Below are positions 45,030 through 62,844 of a DNA stretch of 64,000 nt, one piece after another (the first letter of the stretch is position 1; the number at the start of each line of letters is the position of its first letter). A program made the position numbers and the translations under genes. The notes under the pieces were generated by a model. The model did no database searches, was not told the origin of the DNA, and was given only the letters and a program-made list of their open reading frames with translations. Source of the DNA: the human T2T-CHM13v2.0 reference genome, Homo sapiens; the NCBI RefSeq assembly GCF_009914755.1, contig NC_060930.1; one strand, given 5' to 3'.

Positions 45030-45345
45030 GACGTGCTGTCCAGTAAGGTAGCCACCAGTCATATGTGGTTATTAAAATTTGATAAAATTAAAAATTTTGT
45101 TTTTTATTTTCATTTTCACAGCAATATTGCAGTAAGTATATTTTTATTAATTGATTTTGAAAATCATCAAGTACGACTAGAGGCGTTAAGTTCTCAATAT
45201 TTTCAGCAACCAAAATTTAACTGAATTTTCAAGTTTAAACACATTTCAAGTGTTTAACAGCTGCATGTGGTTAGCAGCTACCATATTGGACAGCTCAGAT
45301 ACAGAACATTTCCAACACTGTGGAAAGTTTTATTCCACAGCAGTG
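45030..45345. mobile_element. MER3-like hAT element split by a ~125-bp non-TE insertion
   Basis: gtgctgtccagtaaggtagccaccagtcatatgtggtta ... [insert] ... acatttcaagtg ... ccatattggacagctcagatacagaacatttcc. Confidence 0.7.
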
Positions 45346-45353
45346 ATCCAGGG

Positions 45354-45612
45354 CAGGGATTATCAACATCAGCACTGTTAAAGACTTGGGCTAATTCTTT
45401 AGTGTGGGAAAGCTATCCTCTGCACTGTAAGATGTTTGGCTGCATCTATCCCAGAATGCCAGCAGCACTCCCCCAGATGCTTCTTTACTAAAGAAGCAAC
45501 CAAAGATGTCTTACTAAAGACAACCAAAAATGTATCCAGACTGTTTAAGTGTCCCCTGGCAGGCAAAATTCTCACCCCCACCCACTTCTCATCCCATTGA
45601 GAGTCACCAATC
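45354..45612. mobile_element. MER20 DNA transposon
   Basis: tcaacatcagcactgtta ... tgcactgtaagatgtttggctgcatc ... caaccaaaaatgtatccagac ... ttgagagtcacc. Confidence 0.7.
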
Positions 45613-47958
45613 TAAGATGGCACGATAATGAGAATGAAACCTTAAAATTGCTTTGACACCATCAGAGAAACTGACAATAGATATTAAACATGTATTTAAA
45701 TTAATTTTCAGGGCATTTTGAAAACAAGCAGTTTTGCTTACTGTTGTATGCAGAAATGATGGAATGTAATGAGTGTTTTGGGTAATGTTTATGATTAATC
45801 AGATGACAGTGGGGAATAAAACGAAATTCTTTCAAGTTTGTACAAGATATTCCAGAAACCATTCTGGAAATGAGGCTGCCCTTTGTGGGAGCAGTCTTTA
45901 CTTTGATCTGCAAAATTTCCACTCACTTTAATCCAATTTTGTTGTTCTTTTCAGTTATCTGCAAATTTCTGAATTAGAACAAAATGTATATATTTTAGTA
46001 AAGAAGCATAAACTTTCCTACGTGAACATCGTAGTTTTCTGAGCCAAAGGTTTTCTGTTCTATTTAGAAAATGAACATATAGACGTTAATAGAAAATTGT
46101 AAAGGTTAGTTGAGGCTTTATAGTGTTGTGAGTACATTATTCTAATGATGTTTAGATTTATCATTAGAAGAAACATCCTATATATTCAGAATTGAGTTCA
46201 TGTATATGAGTTTTTTCTGAAATGTGTAATTTTGGTCTATGTCTTATTTATAAAAGGTTACTATAATGAATATTTATCTTCATGATTCAGCGTCTCTTTG
46301 GAAAAGCCTTCTATTTCACAATATTGATAATAACTGATGAGTATAGCCCAAGTCTTGAGTGTACCAAGGAGAAATTCTGTAAAGAAGAGACGAAAGAATA
46401 TTTAATCAAGCGTCATTTAACTATATTTCTGTTAGAGTATTTGGTATTGTTAATCGATAAATTAGAATGAATATCTTTGGAATAACACTACTATTATGAA
46501 GTGCACATTTAATGTCCATTGTGTAGTAGAACAAAGAGTCTGTTTTCATTAAGTTGATTTGAAAATTTAAAACGTTCTTTAAGTTTTGATAAATATGTAG
46601 AAAAGTAATAGTTTATTGGTCAATTTATTTTCAACGATACGTATCAAATTCAGTTAAATTCTGGTTGCTGAAAATATTTAGAAGTAACACCTTTAGTCAA
46701 ATTTGATGATTTTCAAAATTGACTGATAATATTCTTAAAAATATACTTACTTCATTATCGCTATGAAAATGAAAATATTCTTTCCATATTCAGAGCTTAT
46801 AGGCAAAATAGCATTTTAAACACATTAAATGATGCATGTTTGTGAAGCAGATCACAAGGGTTCTTGTGATATATATAGAAATATATCATGTTTCATAAAA
46901 TAGTTAGCAACCTAAACCTATTTGTCACTTTTACAATTCTAAAAGTTTCGCTCCAGAATTATTATGAACAACTCAGAAAGGACATAGTACTTTGAAGTAT
47001 AACTATGATTGATTAGACTAAACTAATTCCAGCACTGCATTGTGTACTACTTTAATCTTTTTGAAAAGTGAATGAACAGCAGATGGCCTAATAAAGACAC
47101 TCTGTGTGCTCTCTCAGTGTGGATTGGCTCTAAGGGAACTGGCTCACACTTTAGAGTCCATATATTTGCAAAACATCTGTCTTAGTCAAGGCAGATAGTT
47201 AAAGGAAAGAGAAACTTCCAAGCTATTGGATATATTCCAGTTTGGGGCTCCATGTTTGGATGAACTGTTAATAGGACCTCACTTTCACCTTTAAGTTCTT
47301 CTCAGAAAAGTATTATCTCTAATAGTTCAAAGTATATTTGTAAATGTAATTGCTACTGCATTTTGTGATTATGTTTTAAAGAAATCACCTGCACTTTCTT
47401 TAATTATTACTGGAATATTTTAGACTGCATTTTTTAATTGTTCATCTGATGGGTAAAATGAGAGGAAATAGAATAAAATAGTATTTTACCATTAGAAAAT
47501 GAAGTTTGGAACATCACAGTCTTATTTTGTATTGTATTTGAATTAGAACAGATATGGAGGAAGAGCAATATGTATATATTGCCATCATATTTGGTATTTT
47601 AAAATGTAAAGTTTGCAAATTTTAAAAATTTACTTTTATATTTTGAAAGCTTAATTACCCTATAATCAAAGATATTTATTCATAGCATATTAATATATAA
47701 GAGCATGCTAATGATTTGAGAAACTGGAAGAATGACAGAGGGAATGATTTGTGAGACAAATGTTTATTTCATGCTTTTTGCACAAAACTCAAAGCAGTTT
47801 AATTAGGAGAAAGTGTTTAGGCAGCTGTTTCCTTTTAGAAAATGAATTTCTGGAAACATGTATTTAACATGGTAATTTCTTCAAATTGGTTATGTACACT
47901 CTAGTGAAATGTATTTATGAAGCAACCTTTGGTGCACTGGTATTTTTGTGTCTTACAG

Positions 47959-48025
47959 TAATTACAAGTAGTGGCTACAGCCCCAGATCAGCACATCAGT
48001 ATTCCCCACAGCTGTATCCTTCCAA
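47959..48025 (+). CDS. EYA4: EYA4 coding exon 7 (67 nt): (V)[21 protein letters not shown](K)
   Basis: tgtcttacag acceptor; CAA|gtaagt donor; frame continuous with exon 6. Confidence 0.96.
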
Positions 48026-49179
48026 GTAAGTGGTCAGTAGATTCTTGCTTTAAATTGGCAAACATTTATGTCTATACATGTATTATAGATGGTTGGATAA
48101 TACTTGGATAGATTACATATATAGATAAATATCCTGTACAAATTTGAAATGGAGACACCCACATGTATCTTGATGATTCCCTTGAATATTTATGTATACC
48201 TTGAGAAAAATATCAAGCTCAAATTAGAATACATTGCATTTTAATTCAAATTCAAAAATGCTGGCTGGTTAAAAAATCTAAAGAGATTACATTTTATCTA
48301 AATGTCAACACTTCATAATTAATTCCATCATTGAAATTCTTTTGTTGGATTTCCAGTTCTAATAAACATATTTTTGAAGAATATGCCTTATTGTTTTTAT
48401 AACTAATATAGTCACTTTATTGAGGACAGTGGTAGATATTTCTTAAGTTTAACTATATTGGGTGTATATCTGAATTGGTTTGGAATCAGCCAGACGTGCC
48501 AAGATTTTGTATTGCTGATACATACACATTTAAATATAGTATGTTATTTTCTGCAGCATCTAGAGTGTCTGCCTTTACATATATATAGACTGAAGGTTGG
48601 ATATCCAATGGGGAACATGATGTAAAATGTGGCATGATGAAAGGAATGATGTTCCTTTTTTTTTTTTTTTTTTAAGGAAGCTTCCTACCTTTCTTTTTCT
48701 TTTTTTAAATTTCCAATTCTTGGGAGCGAATTCTTAGTAGGGCTTTTAAATAGACTTCCATAGTCTTTGCATAGCATTAAGTCACTCATGGTGAGTGTGA
48801 ATTTGCTCATGAGCATATTAATTAGCTAGTGTGTGCTCCATTTTCCTCATCTGTGTATTAACTGGAGTGCTATTTCAGATATGAGCAAGAATTGTAGACC
48901 TGGAAGAGACACAGGTGTAAGATCTAAATCAAATTTCTACTTTTACAGGTGTGGTATAGACGTAGGGAGTTTAAATCATTTGTCTATGGTCACTAGATTG
49001 GCTTGTAGCAGAGCCTGAGCTCCTGACATTCAGACTGTTGCTTTTTCCTATATTGTTAAAATTATATTGTGGATAAAGAGGATTACTTCCTGGATATTAT
49101 AGGGTTTCACTGAATCTAGGCTGTCTAAATTAATACACAGTCTTTGTTGCCACAGTAATGCTATTTTTCTGATATTTAG

Positions 49180-49322
49180 GCCCTATCCACACATTCTTTC
49201 TACACCAGCAGCTCAAACAATGTCTGCCTATGCAGGCCAGACTCAGTATTCGGGGATGCAGCAGCCAGCCGTCTACACAGCCTACTCACAGACAGGACAG
49301 CCCTACAGCTTGCCCACTTACG
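49180..49322 (+). CDS. EYA4: EYA4 coding exon 8 (143 nt): (K)[47 protein letters not shown](D)
   Basis: tttttctgatatttag acceptor; ACG|gtattt donor; frame continuous. Confidence 0.96.
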
Positions 49323-49461
49323 GTATTTCACATCTTCTGTTTTCTTCTTTGGTTATAGGCAGGTAATCCTGCTGGCTGGTAGCTTTGTATTCTATTGTAG
49401 GTTACAACTTAGAAGGAAAATCATCTTACTAATTAAATGGTTTACACATTCAATTTTCTGA

Positions 49462-49614
<153 letters not shown>

Positions 49615-50199
49615 TAGCTACACATGAAACATGTTTTGGGAGAACTAATTCTTTGAGTGAGACTCATTGGCTTCAGACTAGGAATATCCAATCATGAAGG
49701 TAGTTTTAAGCTTTATCACAGCTCACACAATTTCTAAAGAAAGATAACTAGACAGAAACACGATGAAATGGTTGAGTATACGTCAGGAAACATGACCTAT
49801 ACCAAACTTAAATACTTAAGTTTAAGCTGCGTAACATCAGCAGGAAACCAAGTCCAAGCAAAGCAACTCCCAAGCCAGACACCAGGTCAGCCACACATTT
49901 GGCGTCTACTTAAGCAATTTAAAAGATCTGTAGCACAAACCAGTATTTTCTTTTCACTCTTCCTGAAGTATGTAATGCTGTTTTGATTATACTTAAACTT
50001 GAATTAACTCTTTTCTAAGTTCCATATATTATTGACCAGTTGAGGATTTTTTGTTCATTCCTAAAATTCCTCTCTCCTATTGATACTATATTGCTTAATA
50101 GGACTGTTATATAATATTTACTCTCCAGTCCTCCATATAGGCATATAGGATCATTAAATTTTTTTAAATTTTAGACTCCTATTAAAATTGTGTTTTATC

Positions 50200-50503
<304 letters not shown>

Positions 50504-51598
50504 TGTGTTTTATCTTAATGCAATAGTTGCCAAAAGAATTTTAATGACATAGTAAAAACTTTAAAAGCTGGTTACTATCTGTCATTTTGTCTGTACTGCA
50601 AATCACAAATTTGGGGCTATATTAACATATTTGAACCAACTGGTATGACATTTTGGTCAATTGATTCAAATGAAATAATTACTTAGATATGTTCAGCTGG
50701 AATAGCAGTGCTCTTTTTTACCTAGAATGTAGGTTGAAACATATTTGAAAGCATGCTATAGCCACAAAAATTCATACAGCTTCAGTTAGCCATGTGACAG
50801 ACAGTATTTTTTTTTTTTTTCACGAATACTTTCATACTGGTTATTCCAGGTCAGGTCAGTGGCACTGATTACATAATACATTGCTAGTCAAAACACATTG
50901 ATAAAACAAGTAATCAGCTACCTCAATAGCCTTTCATTTTACTTCTTGACAAGCACATTCCATAAGGACTTTTTTTTTAGGAAACCTATAATTGGCAGCT
51001 CACTTGTTTTTGCCCTGATTTGAGAAATCATTAAATTTCAGACCTTGTAGTAAAGTTTTAGAAGGCCCTCAAACCCTAGATTTGTGTACCATAAACAGTT
51101 CTCCCTTGAGTCTGAACCCTAATTCACAGCTATTTTTGTTCTAAAGAAAAGACAAAGGGAACAAAAGTACAAGGAGTTGCTAAATGGGGTTCTGTATGTT
51201 TATTTCCCACGCTAAAAACCCTGTACAAATGTTGAACTCAAGTGATTTTTTGTATGTAAATGCAGTTGATATGGTTTGAAAGTTCCAGTAGTTTCCTGGA
51301 GGTAGTCTTAGTCTGTGTAAGATTTTATCCTTTGCATACCCCTGCACTTCTAGACTCTTAACCCTTGAATGTTGGCCTCACTCCTTATGAAGACTGTTCC
51401 CATGTGCTTCTGTTTAGCTCAACAGATTCAATAGGAAAGGGTTTACCAGCTGTTACAAGAGGGAGAGAGCTAAGCCTATTTTCTGTATAAATGTCTCAAC
51501 TTCAAATTTCACTGTCTTCACGACAAATTTCAAAGTGTTTCTCTCACAGAATTCTGCAAAGTGAAATATCTTTATCATTTTACAAGGAATACTTTTAA

Positions 51599-51706
<108 letters not shown>

Positions 51707-52849
51707 TAGTAGCTTTTTGTGTTTATGCTTTTTATATGTATTTCAGATTTTTGAAGAGTACTCTCAGGTTGCCATATATGTGCATACTCTCCCAGAATAA
51801 GGTTTCTTTATTTAAAAATTATGATAGCATTTCAGGATAGTAAAAAATTAGCTATCTAGAATTCTTGGAATATGCATTATTCTGGCTATTTTAGATTTTT
51901 TGATTGCTAAAGGTTTGTGCTTTAAACATTTATGCTGTAGTTGTTTTAATCATTTGGCATGGAATTACAAAATGTATTGGATATTTTGCTATCTTAAAAT
52001 ATACTAAGAACAATTTTATTTTTCTTGATAAAGCAGTTATTATAATGAATATTAATTGGTTGAATCAATATTAATTGATTAAAATAAGTCATAGGATTAT
52101 ACTACAGACTAGATAACATTTTCAGTCCTAAAAAGTGTCCTTTGTTACTAAACAAAATGCCTCAAAGACTACTGTTGGCTTTTAAATAATTTTTCTGTTT
52201 TTTAGTTTTATGAATACTTTTAATAAATGTTTGATTCCCACTTTCCTGACAGCTGCAACTTTTTGCTTTTGTCACTGTGCCTGCCTCTGGTAGTCTTTAG
52301 TCCTCCTTCTAATTATGTTTTCTTAATATTTTTGTGAGTTTTAAAATCTAGCATGTTAGAATTATGCATGAAGCAAGAGTGAATGTCCCTGAATAAGTAA
52401 ATCAGCTCGGAGTGAGATGAATTCGTGATATATGTTGACACTTCCAAATCTTTTGTCCTTATTTTTTGATTTTCAGCCATGTTCGAAGTAGTTGAGATTG
52501 AAGAGTTAGTGGCTGACTTCTGGTCTGGCAATACACTATTTTACTTTAGTATAGTTGCTAGACACTTATATATTCTAAAATGTAAGTTACTGTACAAGTG
52601 CTTACTTTTTAGATTTACTGAAGGAATTTTATCAATTGCTTTATTTTAGTTTTATTGATATCACAAAAGGCAGAAAGGAAATTTTGATCATTAAAATCGT
52701 GTGGAATAATAATATTTTTGATAGGATTAAACGGTGTAATTTAGCATTAGGAAAATGATGTCTTAAAACACTAAACATCAGAGCCAGTGTATACATTTTA
52801 TTTTTTAAAATTGAGGTTTTTTTTGTAACTTGATTTTATGCATTTATTT

Positions 52850-53980
52850 ATTGGTCCAGCAAGCATTTATTGAGCACTTGCTATATGTTAGATTTTTGGC
52901 TAGGGATTGAAGATTCAAAACGAGTAACTCATTGTTCCCTGCTCTTTAGAAGGATTCAGTCCTCCGAAAGAAACAAATATGAAAATAAGATGGACAGAGG
53001 GTGGGATGGGATATAGTGAATATAATAACAGAAATATACACTAGGCAGAGTTGTACTATAAAGGAAAAACTGCTCTGCCTCTATTTGGGAGGATTAAGAA
53101 AAGATTTGTAAAGGAAAAGAGCATTTATTTGAAAAGAGTTAATCATAGAACAGATCTGATTCTCTGTGAAGATTTAAATATAGTGGATCCCAATGTAAAA
53201 TGTAATCTGTATTTGGGACCATGGCCTGAGCACCAGTTTGTTGTTTTGGCTCATACCTATTGAGTGCCCATAAAGTGTTAGGAATTGGTCTGTATACTGG
53301 GGCACACGAAGGTGGGGCTGGAGTAGATCAGATCTGATTCCTGCCTCATAGAGCTTACAGCCTACTGGGAGAAACATACAATAAACCAGTAAACACACAA
53401 ATAAATGCAGAATTAGAAAGAGAACAGGGCCTGCGAAAACATCAACTGAATATAATTTTGAATAGGGGAGGTTTTATATAAGGCTTCTCTATGGAAACCA
53501 CATTTAGGCCAAGACTTCTAAGAGTTAGGTGAAGAAGGAGGGCAGTGGTGTTTCAGGCAAAGAAAGCAGAGTGTACCAAATCCCCAATGGATGGAAAACT
53601 TGGTGTGTCACTGAACTTAAAAAAAAAAAAAAGGCTGGAGTTCAGTTAGTGCATGAGGGGGAAGTGGGGAAGCACATTTGCAGAGATAGGCGGGGGCCTG
53701 CTCACGTAAGGCCTGGTGGTTTACAATAAGGAATTTGGATTCTATTCCAAGCCCAGTGGGAGGCTATGATAGCATTTTGAGCAAGAAAATTACATCATTT
53801 AATTTATGTTTTGAGACGATAACTCTGCCACCAAGGTCTTTGGAGAAAGTCAGAAATGGAAACGAGGAGATAAATTTAAAAATGAATACATTGCCTGCAA
53901 CAGGAAGAAAAGGTAGTTTGGACAAGGGGGCGACAGTGGAAATGAAAAGAAAGTGAGATCTTTGAGATATGTTTGAATAT
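52850..53980 (-). mobile_element. L2 fragments; boundaries approximate
   Basis: cagcaagcatttattgagcacttgctatatg L2 tail followed by a purine-rich L2 body. Confidence 0.5.
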
Positions 53981-54084
53981 GAAAAGACATTATATTCCCC
54001 AGTGGGGAATAGCCTGGACCTTTCCAGTATGTAACCTCATCCTCTTCTGCAGGAATTAGTAGGCTAACAGAGAGCTTCAGCACA

Positions 54085-54315
54085 GATGTTTGACTTAGGC
54101 ACTCTGGGTTTAAATTCTAGCTCTGAAACTTACTAGCTGTGTGACTTTGTGCAAATCACTTAACCACTCTGTGCCTTAGTCCCCTTCAAAGTAAAATGAA
54201 TATAGTATTAAGACCACATAAGAGAGTATAAGGATTAAATGAGTAAATATATCTGAGCCCTTAGAACAGTGCTTTGATACAGAGTAAGCACTATGTAAAC
54301 ATTTGCTACCACTGT
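54085..54315 (+). mobile_element. MIR
   Basis: ctgggtttaaattctagctctgaaacttactagctgtgtgactttgtgcaaatcacttaaccactctgtgcctt. Confidence 0.75.
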
Positions 54316-55371
54316 TTTACTCTGAGAGATATTGGTAGGAACTTTGTTTAAATATGATGAGGTTTTTGTTCTTGGCTCACAAGTTACAGTAGTGGGAAAC
54401 ATTGGATCTTGAAATTTTCAGACTAATAGAATTTTAGTTTTCTGCCATATTACTTAATCATTTATGAAGATATACATATTTACTTATAAAGATTATTTCT
54501 TTTATTTTTTGGAAACCACATCAAATGTAGATCTTTTTTCCTTTGGAACACATTTCATCAGGGGATCTTAATGTTATCAGTGATGACCAAGGATTTGTCA
54601 TCACTGATAACATTTTGGGCTGACACATGCTAGATATCTTAAACACCAATTATCACAACAAATCCTTACTCATCATCCTACTGTGTAAAAGGATTTTGAA
54701 TCATTTTAAGGTTCTTAAAATTTTTAAATAAAAAGCAGGTCAGGGGTGTTGATTCAGTGCTTTCATTTTTCTCTGTAACAAAGGAGGGAAACTAAATCAT
54801 TGAAAAGTTCACTAAAGACTTTAAATCAAGGCCTCAGGTGGCATGTAGTTTGTGAGAGGCTGGGTAAAAAAAAAATAATAATATTCATCTTCTTTTATTT
54901 ACTTTTTACCTCCTGCCAAGAAAACAGAATTATCAGTGGTAGCCCAGAAAGGAACAAAAATCACAAAAATGCAGACTGAGGTCTCTGTGGAGTCTAGGAG
55001 GGGCAGCCCCAACTCCTTGCTGGTGATGTTAGAAGATGTGTAAGAACGGATTTTGTGAATATGAGCTGATTCCATCTCCTTCTTTCCTCTTCAAACACGT
55101 AGGTCCTGATGATGTAAATCCTTGAATAAGTAACTATCAGGAGCAAAGTGAAGCATATGCTAACTTTAATCACATTAAAATTTGTGTACTGGACCTGGTT
55201 TGCCAAAACAATAGGGTATTTCACTACTATATGTTTGTAAGAAATGCCCACAAAGTAGTCTCTGCTCATTAGGATCACCTCAAAGCTGTGGACTCAGAAA
55301 CAAATGGGGCTGAGTACTAATCTTTCAGTTACCATAATGACTGGTTTTCTTGGGAGAGTATTAAAGAGTAA

Positions 55372-55692
<321 letters not shown>

Positions 55693-56139
55693 TAATCTGT
55701 GTTAGCATGACTGTGTAAGACGAGGCTCTTCTGGCATTTCAGAAGATCCTTCTTTTAGATATGGGACAGATAGGCGATTTTAATCTCTAAATGATGGTGT
55801 ACATATGAATATGGAGCTTTTGCCAGACTCATTATTCATTTGTGAAGAACTTGCAACAAAGTTGTAATATTATCTTCCTTATGACTGATATTATTTCTTT
55901 TGTGCTAAAGAGACTGCATAAGCCCTTCACCTTTGTAAGTTGTCAGTAGCTCTAGCCCGTGAACATTTCCTACATTCCTGGGATTTGTAGAATCAGTGAT
56001 AGGTAGTTTAATATCTTTGTGTGATCAGTGTGTATTTAAAATCCATTGTGTGTTTCATTATCTGAAACTTGCAGTATTTGAATTGCATTTGCGACACGTA
56101 ATTTGACACAGCTGAAGTATTTAAAGTTAAAAGCAAATG

Positions 56140-59930
<3,791 letters not shown>

Positions 59931-60623
59931 TTAAAATATCATTAATTTGTTCAAGTATATTTTTCTGCCTTCAGTTATTTGCAAGATCCAAATTCATCTC
60001 TACTTCTTTCTTATTCAGCTTTGGATGGGAGGGAAAATAGGGAAACATGGTCACAGTACTGTAAACTCTTTCTAACTGGACCAGTGGGGCCAAGATGACT
60101 CAATGCCATTAAACGATTATTTATTGAGTATATATTAGGCATCAGCACTGTGCTAGAAACTGATATTTCAGCAGTAAATGAGCTCTTTGCCCACCTTTGG
60201 CTTTCATTTGACAAGCAGGACAAATATCAAGCAAGTAATTACAATAGTGAGAAAGGGAAAATGGTAGGTCATATGGGGGATATTAACAAGTAAACTAATT
60301 TGGACATAAAGTAAAAATGAAACTGATATTTTAAGCAACAGCCAAGATATGTTTATATCATGAATTGATGAAATGATAACATTCATGATTTTTAGTTCCC
60401 TGTTCAGAATATAATCTTTACCTGTGGGTCCAAGAAATAATTATCTAGTAGATAGAGCTTGTCTTTGATGCCCCTACATTTTAGTTTTTTCCCCTTATCT
60501 TCCTTTTATATCCTCCTACCTGTGGGCACACAGCCCCTTTGAATTTCTGGTCCTTGTCCCTTTGGGGCTCTCTGTTTTGGCTTTTCAGCTAGCCTTAGCC
60601 TCCCTGGGTATCTGTACCCCTTG

Positions 60624-60740
60624 CAGGGCCAGGATTAGGGTGAGGTCAGTGAAGCACCTAGAGCACAAAATTTAAGGTGGAACTCGTTCTTGGGGTCCTT
60701 AAATTTTGTGCCCTAGGCGCCTTACTCATTAGCCCCAGCC
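60624..60740. mobile_element. MER91-like palindromic hAT-Tip100 MITE
   Basis: Starts cagggccaggattagg; internal 24-bp inverted arms at 60654-77 / 60697-720. Confidence 0.6.
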
Positions 60741-62844
60741 CAAATCACATGTTCCAAATCTGTCATGATCCTCTTTGGGTCAATACTTGTGTTGCATCAA
60801 GGATCTTACTTTCATTCAAAGAATGAATGATTTCAGAATCCTTGCTTAACAAGCAGTGGAGATACTTCAGGGAAGGAGATATTTCACGACCTCTTATCAC
60901 CCTGTGGAAGGTTTTTCTCAATGATGAATGTGTGAGGAAAACAAGGTAGGGTGAAACCACAGAAGTATTTAATTATCAAGATATCAGAGACTGAATGATG
61001 GACAAGACCAAAAGGGTGTTTTTTTAATTTGCTAGACTACAGCTACCAAGAATGAAACCCATTTGTGTACTCAGATACGGTATATGCTACGTGGAGCTTT
61101 GTGTAAAATGTTGCTTTTGCTCCAATTTCCATATAATCACGAGAAAGCTTCTCTGCAGGAAAAACACAGATGGTTACTTTCCTTATTAGAATAATCAGTA
61201 TTGAAAATAGCTATTTTATTCCTATTAAATATATTAAATGCAGGCAGGTAGATATTCTGAGTATGTGACTTTGGATGTGACACATTCACATATGGAATTC
61301 TGACATTCACTATCAGAATGCTGCAATTTCATCAGGCCTTCATTGGTTGCTGAGGTCAAGAAATATAGTTTGACATCATTTTCAGATTTTATTAGACTGT
61401 CTGTTGAATTTAAAGAAGGAATTAATTCTACTTATAACTATATTATTCTCTCAACCAAAATCGTAACAACACACATGTCTGGATCTTTAAAGAATTCTAT
61501 GACCTCAGACCTTCAGTCAATGCAGTTTTAGGTTTAATTTTGCCTTTTCAGATCTGGCATACGGCCAAAAAGCAAACAAGTTTATAACTATGGAATTTTT
61601 CTTTATTATTGATGGAATCTGATGTATTTAGTTCAAGGGCAAGAAAAGTATTTCCCATTGACTGGTTCTGCATTTTGGACTTAAAGTAGAAACCTAAAAT
61701 TAAACCCACAGTTTTTCATAGAACAGTCACTGCTGAATTCTACTTTTATAATGAAAACATACCTTATGTTCAATAAGAGACAGCTGGTTTTTCTGATTTA
61801 GAGATAAGCCTAATGAAATAAAGTGGGATCTAAATATCCAAAACTTAAAAGGTGCAGTTATTCATTACTGTACTGATTAAAGGATAATTATTCAATCATG
61901 TATAGTATTGGGTCAAGAAAAGCCTAGGGCAATTTTGTAATGACTGATGTTACTTGGAAATTGCAAATAGCATTCCATTATTTAATTTACCTTATTAGGT
62001 AGTTTGACAGTGGATTTAAAGAAACACTACCATGCTGATTAAGAGCAGACATTTTAATTCATTCTCTTTCTAAAGGTCTTTCTTTAAAGTAAAATTTATA
62101 TTGGGTATATCAGATTTTTTATTTGTATTAAGAAAGTTTGAGGACAGATTTGCACATGAAGATGAGAAATATTTTTATAGCGCCTCCTTTTCAAATATTT
62201 TAAACATCTTTAAAATCAAATACAGTTAGTCTTGTATAACAATATTATGTTTTACCCTGACACTTTGACAAACATTACAATACATTAGCTAACTGAACCT
62301 AACAGGTGCTCTAGAAAAGTAAAGGATAGAGTAAGATCATTTCACTCTCTGAAAAGAAGCCAGTTTCTTAGGCAGAACACAGCAGCCTTTTGATAACTTC
62401 ATGGTATTTCACGTAAGGAAAGGAAGGGAAGTAAAGTGCTAACTCATCTAATGGAAACTAACAAGAGGATTTAGATAGAAAGGACCACATTCAACTGCTC
62501 TGCCAATTTACATTTTCCCTACCTGTGGCATTGCTATGCCCTTGTGCAATTACCTGAGTGAAATTTGGCAGAGGCACTGGAATTAACAGCTTTCTTCTTT
62601 TAAAAAAAAGTGTCAACAAATGTTTAATGACTGGTTGAGCTCAAGTTCCTGGTTTTACCCTTTATCAGAAGAAAGGATAGCACCTGCAAAAGGAATAGAG
62701 GTCAGTACAATTCCACCTGGGTGATTGCTCTAGGAGCCCAGATGTATCGCATGGCCTCTGCAGGGCATGCTCTTTTGCTTCTGTGAAGTTCTTTCAGTGA
62801 ATTCTTTGGCCCTCCATCTCACAGAAATTATATAATGCCCATGT

